Positions 1 to 12,331 are shown, numbered from the whole stretch's first letter. The stretch is DNA of 63,648 bases, filler included, from Lama guanicoe (GCA_013239625.1; 160 parts of 160 records of this genome joined end to end with filler, not necessarily neighbours in it), one strand, 5' to 3'. Program-made: numbers and translations. Notes: generated by a model not told the origin, from the letters alone.

Positions 1-298
1 TGCTGTCCCCCTGGCCGGGCGGGACCTCGGCCCTCTCACCCCACAGCCCCGGGGGTCACGTCAGCCGGCCGCGGGCCAGGACGTCCAGTTCCCAGCCCGA
101 CACCTGAGTCACGGGCTCTGTGGCTCAGCCTCGGCTGGCCGGGGTTTGCAGCTAACGGGGCCACCACCGTGGTCACGGCCCTGAGCCAGCTCGCCTCTCC
201 CTCCTCCCCAGCCCCGGCCCTGCGCCTCCAGCCAGCTGTCCCGACAGACGTCGGCCAGCGGCCCTAAGCGGGGACGCAGAAGCCCAGGGAGTCGGCCA
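1..298. promoter_or_regulatory. GC/CpG-rich fragment (CpG-island-like) with AP-1 and CRE-like motifs
   Basis: Very high GC and many CpGs; TGAGTCA at 105-111; GTCACGTCA near 55-63. Confidence 0.35.
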
Positions 299-398
299 NN
301 NNNNNNNNNNNNNNNNNNNNNNNNNNNNNNNNNNNNNNNNNNTTAATTAATTAANNNNNNNNNNNNNNNNNNNNNNNNNNNNNNNNNNNNNNNNNNNN
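299..398. other. Artificial scaffolding linker N44-TTAATTAATTAA-N44 (first instance; recurs every ~398-399 nt through the window)
   Basis: Identical 100-nt block between all contigs; the palindromic 12-mer at 343-354 puts TAA in all six frames. Confidence 0.99.
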
Positions 399-696
399 CG
401 GTCATAGGCCATCACCAACAGAAGGAAGACCTCTGACCCACCAAAAAGGTGCTCAGTAAAGAGCTGGGCCAGACAAAACTGGAAGGATATAGTATTTTCC
501 CCAAAGAACAAGTCTGAAATCAATCTGGGGGAAATAGAAGAGGAATAAATTAGATCTATAAATGATAAGCTGGCAAGAAAAAAGTACATTGGCGAGTTGA
601 GGGTCTTACTGACAGTTATAGTCACAACAATGAGCAGATTGCCCACAAAGGTCAAAATGTAGAAGAGCAAGAACATAACAAAAAGGACCTTCTGCT
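399..696 (-). CDS. Olfactory receptor family 4 (OR4A-like) fragment, TM1-TM3
   Basis: Frame open across the contig: [23 protein letters not shown]...LNSPMYFFL...[23 protein letters not shown]; canonical GN, PMYFFL and MAYD(R) motifs; closely resembles recalled human OR4A47. Confidence 0.95.
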
Positions 697-1281
697 NNNN
701 NNNNNNNNNNNNNNNNNNNNNNNNNNNNNNNNNNNNNNNNTTAATTAATTAANNNNNNNNNNNNNNNNNNNNNNNNNNNNNNNNNNNNNNNNNNNNAAAA
801 AAATCATTCCAGCACTCTGTAACTGAAGACCTGCAACAAACTAAAGTGCTTATTCATGAAAATCCCTGATGTTCAGGCAATAGGAGTGTGAGACTCTGGG
901 TCTATCCCCTGCCAGGGCTGAAGGGATAGCAGCTCAACCAGGGTGACAGCAGACCTTGGGAACAAGGCTTGCTGTCACCACCAGGATGGGCTCATCTGAC
1001 TTCATGCGTGAGAAGGTAAACTGTTGAGCTCAGGGGTCGGCACATAGGGTTCACTGAGGTTGCACTCATGTTTGGGGCAGGCAATAGGGCAGCTNNNNNN
1101 NNNNNNNNNNNNNNNNNNNNNNNNNNNNNNNNNNNNNNTTAATTAATTAANNNNNNNNNNNNNNNNNNNNNNNNNNNNNNNNNNNNNNNNNNNNACACCA
1201 TTTTGGCTTTGAAAGGTTTTATAGGAACACTATTTCATCAAACCAGGGGAAACCTGTCTACAGCTCAGACTGAGAACCACA

Positions 1282-1432
1282 TTAGGGAGCATCAGAGTCA
1301 CCTGGAGGGCTTGTTGAACCACAGATGGCTGGGCTCCATCCCCATAACGTCTGATTCAGCAGCTTTTCGGTGGGGCCCAAGAATTTGCATTTTTAACCAG
1401 CACCCAGGTGATGCTGGTCCTGCTAGCCCAGA
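1282..1432 (-). mobile_element. MER5A (hAT-Charlie MITE) fragment
   Basis: gcatcagagtcacctggagggcttgttgaa...ggggcccaagaatttgcatttttaac...caggtgatgctg matches recalled MER5A reverse complement. Confidence 0.85.
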
Positions 1433-1592
1433 ACAGAATAAAACAGAACAAAAAGAGGGATCTCATTCAGTTGTGAACAACCCACTCTTCTCNNNNNNNN
1501 NNNNNNNNNNNNNNNNNNNNNNNNNNNNNNNNNNNNTTAATTAATTAANNNNNNNNNNNNNNNNNNNNNNNNNNNNNNNNNNNNNNNNNNNN

Positions 1593-1890
1593 GATATATG
1601 CGACAAATAGAATAAAATAAAATAGTCTTAAGTCAAACCATATTAATAATTGCATTAACTGTAAATGACCTAAAAACCCCAATTAAAAGGCAGAGGTAGA
1701 TTAGATTGAAAAAAATCAACACCCAGCTGCCTACAAGAAACTCACTTTAAATATAGACACAAATAGGTTAAAAACAAAAGTATAGAAAAAGATACACCAT
1801 GCTGATGTGAATCAAAAGAAAGCTGGAGTGGTTATATTAATAACAATGAAGTAAATTTCAGAGCAAAGAATGTTACTAGGGATAAAGAAA
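1593..1890 (+). mobile_element. Old LINE-1, ORF2 endonuclease N-terminal region (decayed)
   Basis: Relics of the LNVNGL/PIKR/CLQETH-coding sequence (gcctacaagaaactcacttt; aagaaagctggagtggttatattaat). Confidence 0.85.
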
Positions 1891-4378
1891 NNNNNNNNNN
1901 NNNNNNNNNNNNNNNNNNNNNNNNNNNNNNNNNNTTAATTAATTAANNNNNNNNNNNNNNNNNNNNNNNNNNNNNNNNNNNNNNNNNNNNTCAGCATTCT
2001 TTGTTTGCTGATATGGTTTGCAGTATTTTTCGTTCACACAGGAGACATAATTTTTCATGGCTATGGACATATATATATATAATGATAGTGCTTTAGAGAG
2101 AAAACAGATTTAGGAAATTAGCCTAATATGTGTTTAGAATTAATTAATTATAGGTGTTTTGTGTTATGTCCTGCTTTGTTTTCCCTGGCCTTTCAAAGGG
2201 ATTTTGATCTTTTAAGTTAAATAACATTACATGAATATGTTCCTGTGTTGACACAATGTATCAAAATTTCCTAGCCATTCTGATCTGTNNNNNNNNNNNN
2301 NNNNNNNNNNNNNNNNNNNNNNNNNNNNNNNNTTAATTAATTAANNNNNNNNNNNNNNNNNNNNNNNNNNNNNNNNNNNNNNNNNNNNGATTAAGTAGCC
2401 CAGAGATCCCAGAGCTCTGGTGGCCACAGGCCTCCCTCCCCCTCACGGCCACAGTGCAGTGTCCCCAGCACTTAGGACAGAGCAGCCTGCAAGGTGGGTG
2501 GGGCAGGGGCCCTCCTGAATGAGACCACGCCCAGGATGCCTTGGCTGTGCTGCATCATAATCTTGCCCTGCCCACAATGGGGTGGCCCACCCCTTCCTCC
2601 CACCACCTTTCCCTCTCTGTGGCTGAACAGATAAAAAAGCAAGTGAGGCAAAGAGAGAGTGTGTGTTTACAAAGAGCACCTTGCTGNNNNNNNNNNNNNN
2701 NNNNNNNNNNNNNNNNNNNNNNNNNNNNNNTTAATTAATTAANNNNNNNNNNNNNNNNNNNNNNNNNNNNNNNNNNNNNNNNNNNNAAAAAATCCACCAA
2801 GAAATTATGAATCTCATTAAAACAAATCTGCGTTGATTTACTGCAGCCCTTGTAATCGAGGGCTGCGTGACTTTTGGCTTTGCTATCCATTTATAAAACA
2901 TCTCAGCAATTAACATTAGATGAGCTTTAGGACAGATAATAAAAGGAACAGTTTGAAAAAGCATATGATTACAAGTGAAAGGTCTGCCAAGCCATCACGG
3001 ACCATCTCCGCTGAATCATCAGGCCCGGTGGGCTAGTAGGCTCAGCAGGTACTTTACTCGTGGTGAAGGGCAGGATTGTCCATGNNNNNNNNNNNNNNNN
3101 NNNNNNNNNNNNNNNNNNNNNNNNNNNNTTAATTAATTAANNNNNNNNNNNNNNNNNNNNNNNNNNNNNNNNNNNNNNNNNNNNGTGTGTGTGTGTGTGT
3201 GTGTGTGTACTTATATATAAACAAATTTTTTAGAAAGGGAGCAAGGAAGGACATTATACGAAGGGGACAGGGCTAGAATATAGGCTCTTGAGATTTTACT
3301 TTGGATCTACATGACTATTTTACATAGCTATAAATTAAAATTAATTTGCAAAAGTATTTCTGAAAAGCAAAAGTAAAATAACCAAACGAATCTCCGTGTG
3401 TATTCACTCAGTGGTAGAATCACAGAAAACTATTCTAAGTGACTTTAAGGATGGTTATTTGATTTTAGATAACCTAATAAAANNNNNNNNNNNNNNNNNN
3501 NNNNNNNNNNNNNNNNNNNNNNNNNNTTAATTAATTAANNNNNNNNNNNNNNNNNNNNNNNNNNNNNNNNNNNNNNNNNNNNCCCGTGTGGGAGAAAATG
3601 ATGAGACCTGGAACTCCCAGGAGCTGCAAGTTAGCTCCGCTTTTCTCCTGGCCGCACTCAGGGTCACCGCAGCTGCGCTAACGGTGGGAACGAGGGTGGC
3701 GAGCCTCTGGAAGCACACCGTGCGACCAGCTCAGTGGTGCCCCGTGGCTGGTCCGTGACTGCCCTTTCACTGGTGTCCAGCATGACAGGAAGCACCTCCA
3801 GGCATGTGGCGAGTTCTTTATAAGATTAAACATATTCCATTTGAAGGACTGTCCTTTAATTTAAAAGTGGGGGTTAAATGNNNNNNNNNNNNNNNNNNNN
3901 NNNNNNNNNNNNNNNNNNNNNNNNTTAATTAATTAANNNNNNNNNNNNNNNNNNNNNNNNNNNNNNNNNNNNNNNNNNNNCGTAAAGGCTCATAAATGCA
4001 TATGATTCCTATACATGGTCACCAACTACAGGGCACCCGACAGGGTCAAAATTTATAAATGAGCAAAAATAATGTTTATCTAATCACTGCATGCTCCGGA
4101 ACGTGTTGACTGGCATAGTTAGAAACATACCTTTGAGTTTTAAAGAGTGAGTGTTTGTCTTAACCTCTTGTCAGAGTGAGAGAGAGAGTCAGCACCCCTT
4201 CTATGAATTCTTCAATGTACTTCTCAGCATAGATGGTTCTTGCCAGCAGATCACACATCAAACTCTACTCCCAAATCTNNNNNNNNNNNNNNNNNNNNNN
4301 NNNNNNNNNNNNNNNNNNNNNNTTAATTAATTAANNNNNNNNNNNNNNNNNNNNNNNNNNNNNNNNNNNNNNNNNNNN

Positions 4379-4671
4379 TTTTCCCTTCAACCCGTTCACT
4401 TTTGGCTGGATGAAAGATCGTCTCTCCACATGCTTCGTTCTGAGAGATATGTGTGTGTGAATGCCGTCCTACACCTAACTTGAAGGGAACAAAATGTTTC
4501 TTTTCAGTTGCCAAATCCCCTCCATACTTATATATGGGGACGTAGAAGCTTCAACTGGGCTTTACAGTGAAAACGGCAGGCACTTCAACCCCGCATTAGG
4601 AAACAAACTGAGAAACCAGAGGAAATGTTTCCCCTGCAACCCGTTCCCTTTGTGCTGGATGAACGAACGTC
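4379..4671. repeat. Tandem repeat/satellite, ~249-bp monomer
   Basis: 4388-4422 recurs at 4637-4671 with 30/35 identity. Confidence 0.65.
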
Positions 4672-4771
4672 NNNNNNNNNNNNNNNNNNNNNNNNNNNNN
4701 NNNNNNNNNNNNNNNTTAATTAATTAANNNNNNNNNNNNNNNNNNNNNNNNNNNNNNNNNNNNNNNNNNNN

Positions 4772-5068
4772 GAAAGAAAAATACCATATGATACCACTCA
4801 TATGTGAAATCTAAAAAAAAGGAAAAAGAGGACACTAATGAATTCATCAACAAAACAGAAACAGACTCACAGAAATAGTAAATAATCTTATGGTTAGTAG
4901 GGAAAGAGGATGGGAAGGGGTCAATTTAAGAGTTTGAGATTTGCAAATACTAGCCACTATATATAAAACATAAAAATTTCTTCTGTATAGCACAGGTAGC
5001 TACATCTAATATCTTATATTAACCTTTAATGAAAAAGAATATGAAAATGAATATATGTATATGTATGC
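4772..5068 (+). mobile_element. LINE-1 ORF2 end / 3' UTR (relatively young, lineage-type)
   Basis: gaaagaaaaataccatatgata..ctcatatgtgaaatctaaaa; aaaacagaaacagactcacaga; ctgtatagcacagg. Confidence 0.85.
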
Positions 5069-5566
5069 NNNNNNNNNNNNNNNNNNNNNNNNNNNNNNNN
5101 NNNNNNNNNNNNTTAATTAATTAANNNNNNNNNNNNNNNNNNNNNNNNNNNNNNNNNNNNNNNNNNNNCATCCCAGAAGGAAGACTTGATCTTGGAGCCT
5201 GCTCTCCTCTTCACCTTAGGCAAAAGTTTTTATCTGAAAAGTTTACCTCTGCCCCGTATACGATCGGGAAGGTGCCTCAGATCAGCAAAAGCAGGAGCCA
5301 CAAACTAACGGTGACTACACTGTACCTGCAACAAGTGAAAGATGAAGGAACAGGTACCCAAAGGGCCGCCGCACATCCCTTCCCTGCCAAGGAAGTACAG
5401 AGGCCTCCATTTTGGCTTAGAACCCAAGCAAGGCTCCACATTTGATCAGCCTGGATTTTTTGTAGGNNNNNNNNNNNNNNNNNNNNNNNNNNNNNNNNNN
5501 NNNNNNNNNNTTAATTAATTAANNNNNNNNNNNNNNNNNNNNNNNNNNNNNNNNNNNNNNNNNNNN

Positions 5567-5864
5567 CTTTTTCTTCCAATCTGTATGTGTCTTTATATTT
5601 AAAACAGGTTTCTTGTAGACAATCTACCGTGTGGCATCTTGTTTTTTGATCCACTCTGCCAATCTCTGTATTTTAACTGGTGCACTTAGACTGCTGACAT
5701 TCAAAGTGATGACTGACATAGTTGCATTAGTATCCACCGGATTTGTAACTACTTTCTGTCGGTTACCTTTCTTCTCTTCCTTCTTTTGCCTTCCACTCTT
5801 CTTCTGCCTTTTGTAATTGTAACTGTAAATTTTATGTGATTCTATTTTCTCTCCTTTCTTAGCA
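5567..5864 (-). mobile_element. Old LINE-1 ORF1/ORF2 boundary and endonuclease start
   Basis: ggtttcttgtagaca...ttttttgatccactctgccaatctctg = antisense of the WIKK/CLQET region. Confidence 0.8.
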
Positions 5865-6362
5865 NNNNNNNNNNNNNNNNNNNNNNNNNNNNNNNNNNNN
5901 NNNNNNNNTTAATTAATTAANNNNNNNNNNNNNNNNNNNNNNNNNNNNNNNNNNNNNNNNNNNNGAAGTGAATTAACTTATTTGGTTTGTTATCAGAATA
6001 ATCTTAAGTACCAGATAATGATAAATTCATCATTAATTTTGCAAAATTTTATCTCATCAGTTTAGTAAGTAATTTTCAACTTCTGGATCCATTTACATGA
6101 TTATTAATTATTGCACAAGAGTTGCTGAATGGTTATTGACCAGATGATAGACTAGAAACCTCCACAAAGCAACCTTTTTTGTTTTTCTAAATATGACGCC
6201 TGATCTTGGTAAACCATCACTTGAAACAATTAACGATTTTGCAATACACACACACACACACANNNNNNNNNNNNNNNNNNNNNNNNNNNNNNNNNNNNNN
6301 NNNNNNTTAATTAATTAANNNNNNNNNNNNNNNNNNNNNNNNNNNNNNNNNNNNNNNNNNNN

Positions 6363-6660
6363 CTATATACTGTTAAGCAATATCCTAAATTCTTAGGTTG
6401 GCAAAGTGTCACACCGATTCTTTCTGAATGCCTCAGTCCTGTAAAAATGACTTGGGGATTTCTCTGTATTGCTCCGTCAGTTCTTACAGGTCTGGGTGCC
6501 CTCCCCTAAATTAGCTTTATTGACAAATTTAATTAAAATGTCATTCGTCATTCGTCATTCCTCTTCGACCATTAGAGGCATTAAACAAAATCAGAACTAG
6601 TCATGATTTCGGTTTCAGCCTCCTATTGTCTGGCCCCTCTAGGTAAGATTTACACTATAC
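6363..6660. repeat. Near-duplicate of contig 8750-9047 (17 substitutions in 298 nt)
   Basis: Direct comparison; no indels; first and last 49 nt identical. Confidence 0.97.
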
Positions 6661-7720
6661 NNNNNNNNNNNNNNNNNNNNNNNNNNNNNNNNNNNNNNNN
6701 NNNNTTAATTAATTAANNNNNNNNNNNNNNNNNNNNNNNNNNNNNNNNNNNNNNNNNNNNCAGCACCTGGAGGCCCTCAGCGCGGGCGCGGACACCTGGG
6801 AGAGCCGCTCGAGCAGACCTTCAGGTGTGCCTCAGGCAGGTGGGGCGGCACCGGTGCTGGGGGGCTGTGCCCGAGCTCTAGCGTCAGCCGGGTTCGTGCC
6901 CTGACTTGGTCACTCCTGCCATGGGCCTGTGTCTGGGCCTCAGGCCCCGCCCTCTGACCCATTGCCCTGAGTTCCCGGGCACAAGTGCTCTGGGTGTGGC
7001 CCAACCAACGGCCCCAGGGGCTGAGCTGTGGTGTCCTGGGCACAGCTCTGAGTCTGTCNNNNNNNNNNNNNNNNNNNNNNNNNNNNNNNNNNNNNNNNNN
7101 NNTTAATTAATTAANNNNNNNNNNNNNNNNNNNNNNNNNNNNNNNNNNNNNNNNNNNNGGTGAACAATACTGCATTGTGCACTTTCACATTTCTTGGAAA
7201 CGTCGACCTTGTGTCAAATGCTGTTGCCGTAATGAAATGGATTTTGTAACTGTTTACATGGGGCTTCCTGAGTGCCTACACCGTTCTAAGAGCTTTACAA
7301 ATATTTAATCATGGAACAACCAGGCTTACAGAGAGAAAGGCAAAGGCAAAGGGGAAGGCGCTTGCCCGGGGCCGCACACCAGGCGGTCCGGCCTCTGAGT
7401 GTTTGCTGTCAGCACAGATTCAGGACGGACCCGTGGGCTCATCGTCCCAGGGCTGCNNNNNNNNNNNNNNNNNNNNNNNNNNNNNNNNNNNNNNNNNNNN
7501 TTAATTAATTAANNNNNNNNNNNNNNNNNNNNNNNNNNNNNNNNNNNNNNNNNNNNACTTCAATTAAAAAATAATAATAATGTTTACAGTCACTATCATT
7601 TTTTAGAACAGTTTTCAAGATTGTGCAAGTCTGTCTCAGAATATGTGGAATATTTGTTTTTCAAAGTATACATACTTTATTTAGACAAGAATAAAAGTAG
7701 CCACATTAAAATTACACTGC

Positions 7721-7853
7721 GGGGGGGAGGAGATAGCTCAGTTGTAGAGTGCCTGCCTAACATGCACAAGGTCCTGGGTTCAATCCCCAGTGCCTCCACT
7801 TAAAAAATGAGTAAATAAATAAACCTAGTTACCTCTTCCCCTAAAAAAAAAAA
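7721..7853 (+). mobile_element. tRNA-derived SINE, Vic-1-like (camelid), near full length with A-tail
   Basis: A-box TAGCTCAGTTG, B-box GGTTCAATCC, tail taaataaataaacctagttacc...aaaa. Confidence 0.85.
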
Positions 7854-8749
7854 NNNNNNNNNNNNNNNNNNNNNNNNNNNNNNNNNNNNNNNNNNNNTTA
7901 ATTAATTAANNNNNNNNNNNNNNNNNNNNNNNNNNNNNNNNNNNNNNNNNNNNAGATGATTGCCATGACCACAAATTTGTGCAAATGATACAGCTGGCAC
8001 TAATTTGACTATCCCCCTGAATTCCCTGGACCCATTCCTAATAAGTGGTGCAGGTTTCTACAGCTGGGACGTCCATTACAAACATTTTCCCCGTCTTTAG
8101 AGTTGAGAACAATTTCCATGTTGAGTATAAGGTTTCAGGTGGAATCTTCATGGTAGCTCTGTGAATGCTGGGAGGAATGCCTCATTCAACCTTGGAGATA
8201 AAACTGTTTTGTGGAGCAAAAGGAAACAACTGGGTATAAATCTAACAGACTNNNNNNNNNNNNNNNNNNNNNNNNNNNNNNNNNNNNNNNNNNNNTTAAT
8301 TAATTAANNNNNNNNNNNNNNNNNNNNNNNNNNNNNNNNNNNNNNNNNNNNCTCTGGGGGGAACGGGGCAGTGTGGGAGCATCCCTGCAGCTAGTCAAGT
8401 GACGTCAGGGCCTGTGGGATCCGTTTGTATGGCCACATGGAGCCTCAGCAGAAGTGGATTCCTGTCTCCAGCTGTCATCCTCGTGGCTGAGTGCCAGGCT
8501 TCAGACCCGAACCCCTGAGGCGCTAGTACAGTTATAGACAGAGGAGGCTCGGGGAGGCCTCAAGAGGGCTGTACTGGCCTTCCTGCTGACACGATTACAG
8601 GAAGATCAAACAATCCATCGATGGGAAGAAAATAAGAACCATGGTCACANNNNNNNNNNNNNNNNNNNNNNNNNNNNNNNNNNNNNNNNNNNNTTAATTA
8701 ATTAANNNNNNNNNNNNNNNNNNNNNNNNNNNNNNNNNNNNNNNNNNNN

Positions 8750-9047
8750 CTATATACTGTTAAGCAATATCCTAAATTCTTAGGTTGGCAAAGTGTCATA
8801 CCAATTCTTTCTGAATGCCTCAGTCCTGTAAAAATGACTTGGGGATTTCTCCGTATTGCTCCATCAATTCTCACAGGTATTGGTATCCTCTCCCAAATTA
8901 GCTTTATTGACAAATTTAATTAAAATGTCATTCATCATTCATCATTCCTCTTTGACCATTAGAGGCACTAAACAAAATCAGAACTAGTCATGATTTCAGT
9001 TTCAGCCTCCTATTGTCTGGCCCCTCTAGGTAAGATTTACACTATAC
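8750..9047. repeat. Near-duplicate of contig 6363-6660
   Basis: Direct comparison. Confidence 0.97.
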
Positions 9048-9943
9048 NNNNNNNNNNNNNNNNNNNNNNNNNNNNNNNNNNNNNNNNNNNNTTAATTAAT
9101 TAANNNNNNNNNNNNNNNNNNNNNNNNNNNNNNNNNNNNNNNNNNNNTGAGTATAGTTGACTTACAGTATTACATTAGTTTCAGATGTACAGCAAAATAA
9201 TTCGATATTTTTATAGGTTATATTCTGATGGAATAAATTTTCATATACTGAGGTTTGGAGAAGTCGTTCTGGCTTATACATGATTTAACTTACACTTTAT
9301 GCTAATTGGAACAGCTTGCTTTGTGGCCTGTTAGACATACATTGTACATTTGTGTTAACCATAAAAGAAAAGGGTGCACTGACCAGGAGTAAAAATCTCC
9401 TGGTTTTTAAGCATAAAGATGAAATGCCTCCCATCCTGGGATGCCNNNNNNNNNNNNNNNNNNNNNNNNNNNNNNNNNNNNNNNNNNNNTTAATTAATTA
9501 ANNNNNNNNNNNNNNNNNNNNNNNNNNNNNNNNNNNNNNNNNNNNAAGGGGGGAAAGAACGGTATTTTTTGGGAAAAGGAATGAGTGCAGCTTTGCAAAT
9601 TGAATTAACTTATCAGCAGGATAATGAGTAGTAATGCGTCCTGTAAAATGGGCCAGAGCAAGAGCCCAAGAATCATTAAACTGTTGTAATTGAGCTTGTT
9701 GTTCTTTAGTATACGGAACTGTAATATAATATGGATCTCTGCCTAGATATAAAGTGGAGGCAGTACGCCCTTCTGCAATTAAAGAACAGATTAAATCGGG
9801 ATAAGCAGCTAAGGCTTTTGAAGGAGATACATGTATATGTATCNNNNNNNNNNNNNNNNNNNNNNNNNNNNNNNNNNNNNNNNNNNNTTAATTAATTAAN
9901 NNNNNNNNNNNNNNNNNNNNNNNNNNNNNNNNNNNNNNNNNNN

Positions 9944-10241
9944 GGGCAGGCTCAGGTGAGCAGCTGCCCTGAGTTTCTTTGTCAAGTTAGTTGCATAGGG
10001 TGTAAAAATAAATGGGTGGAATGTGCATTGGGGAGGGAAGGGTTTGGGGTCATATCCCCTGATTTTCCTCCCAACTCCGACTTCCCAAAGGGAGAAGGGA
10101 TTTCTGTCCTTACTTAGTCTGGATGGGAATTGTCATGGGGTTGGTGCAGGATGGGTACTTCTGATCTGCAGGGCTAATTTTATAGAAATGAAGGCATAAT
10201 GAGCAAAAGGTTACATTCGGACACTGGAGATTCCTGCTTTT
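9944..10241 (-). mobile_element. Probable ERV LTR fragment
   Basis: LTR-like composition; resemblance only. Confidence 0.35.
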
Positions 10242-10341
10242 NNNNNNNNNNNNNNNNNNNNNNNNNNNNNNNNNNNNNNNNNNNNTTAATTAATTAANNN
10301 NNNNNNNNNNNNNNNNNNNNNNNNNNNNNNNNNNNNNNNNN

Positions 10342-10639
10342 GAGACAGCAAGAAGGGACTTAAATAGAACAGGATAGATTTGGGGGATAGCATTGGGTTG
10401 TAGATTACATTTTAGGAATCATCAACATAGAGATGATATTCAAGTCATAAGATGGTAGAACAATCATCACAAAAGTGTATGTAGACTAAGCAGGTAAGAG
10501 GTCCAAGGGCTGAGCTCGGGGTCCCATCACTAGGAGGTCAGGGAAATGAGGAGAAATCAGCAACACAGACTGAGAAGGAATAGCCTGTGGGTAGGAGGCA
10601 AAGGAGAATATGAGGTCCTGGGAGCCAAGTAAGATGTTT
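10342..10639 (-). mobile_element. LINE-2 fragment
   Basis: ggaatcatcaacatagagatgatatt...gaggtccaagggctgagc...gactgagaaggaatagcc typical of the L2 antisense strand. Confidence 0.8.
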
Positions 10640-10739
10640 NNNNNNNNNNNNNNNNNNNNNNNNNNNNNNNNNNNNNNNNNNNNTTAATTAATTAANNNNN
10701 NNNNNNNNNNNNNNNNNNNNNNNNNNNNNNNNNNNNNNN

Positions 10740-11037
10740 TTCCAGATTGAAGGAGGCTGAAGATACTTGACAAGAAAACAAAAAGGAAAAATAGAACATT
10801 TGGCATAATTCAGAGTGTGTGGGTTGAATGATAGCGTCTATTTCCTGACTTGGTTTAGTAGGTGAGTGTTTTTGTTTGGGGGAAATACACCAGTATTTAG
10901 GGGAAATAGAGTCTCATGTCTGCAGGTTGTTTTCAAATACTTTAGAGAAAGAGGAATGTGTGTGAGTGAGTGTAGAGGTAGGAGTGCAAGCAAGTGTGTG
11001 AGGGACCTGGAGGAAATGCAGTGCACAGTTGGGGAAA
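10740..11037 (+). mobile_element. Ancient L1MC/L1ME-type 3' region
   Basis: tccagattgaagga..ctgaaga; ggaaatacaccagtatttagggg; catgtctgca. Confidence 0.6.
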
Positions 11038-12331
11038 NNNNNNNNNNNNNNNNNNNNNNNNNNNNNNNNNNNNNNNNNNNNTTAATTAATTAANNNNNNN
11101 NNNNNNNNNNNNNNNNNNNNNNNNNNNNNNNNNNNNNCTTGCAATTTACCAAGAGAAGATTCTTAAAGGTAATGTAAAGAATCGGGCCTCAGACATTCTA
11201 CCATGTTTACAGACCAAGACATAGTGCTCAGAGGGCAACGGGCTCATTAGGTTTTGCAAACATAGCTTACTTCAGACAATTACTTGGAAATGGGTAGGCA
11301 GTGGGGGATATGAGAAAAGCTAATTGAATGCAGGGTCCTTATTCAGGAAAATTTTATAGCTCTGTAAAGCAAATAGGAAACTTCAAAGGAAGTCAGTTGG
11401 ACAGTAACTATTTGGTGTGATAGGCTGAAGTGATCNNNNNNNNNNNNNNNNNNNNNNNNNNNNNNNNNNNNNNNNNNNNTTAATTAATTAANNNNNNNNN
11501 NNNNNNNNNNNNNNNNNNNNNNNNNNNNNNNNNNNTCATACTCCTCTGATGTGAATTGTATTCTCACGTATGTTTAGAACGTGTCATCCTTTATATTGCG
11601 TTATCCTTATGTAATATGCTGTTCTATTTCCCCCAGTCTGTCTTTTGACTTGGGGACAATTTTTGATGGACAAACACTTATCCTTTTTCCCTTCATGGTG
11701 TTAGGTGTCTTGCTTAGGAAAGCCTTCCCCACTCTAAAAGTCTATTTTTTAATTCTCTCTTGTATTGTCAGACTTCTTCAGTTCCCCTCTGCATAGGGAA
11801 CATTAGTCTCATTGTAAGGGAAAGTAGGTCTCTNNNNNNNNNNNNNNNNNNNNNNNNNNNNNNNNNNNNNNNNNNNNTTAATTAATTAANNNNNNNNNNN
11901 NNNNNNNNNNNNNNNNNNNNNNNNNNNNNNNNNAAAAAATCACATGCAAGTGACAGAAATAGATTCCTTAAGTATAAAACAGTGGGAAATTATGAAAAAT
12001 CTGTACAGAGTTTCATTAATATTTACTTTATTGGGAAGTAATTAGTTTGAAAATACTGAAAATATGTACCTTTTAAACATTAGTAAAGAAAGTACACTAG
12101 TGATTTAGTTTAGCACAAGGTTTGAAGAAATTAAATTACTTTGTATTTCAGTCTCTAAAATAGAGGCTATGAAAATGTCTTTCTTTATTATTATAAAAAT
12201 GGTTATACTTTTAATATCTAAAGTGTAAGTTNNNNNNNNNNNNNNNNNNNNNNNNNNNNNNNNNNNNNNNNNNNNTTAATTAATTAANNNNNNNNNNNNN
12301 NNNNNNNNNNNNNNNNNNNNNNNNNNNNNNN

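Noticed and set aside
2140..2150. Linker-like TTAATTAATT inside contigs (also ~53211 and ~53610)
   Set aside because: No flanking Ns and an incomplete 12-mer; expected in AT-rich DNA.
4379..4671. CENP-B box in the satellite-like contig
   Set aside because: TTCG and CCCG words occur but not in the TTCGnnnnAnnCGGG spacing.
7721..7800. tRNA-like genes (also 34834-34910)
   Set aside because: A/B boxes are present, but they run into SINE tails and occur as multiple diverged copies.
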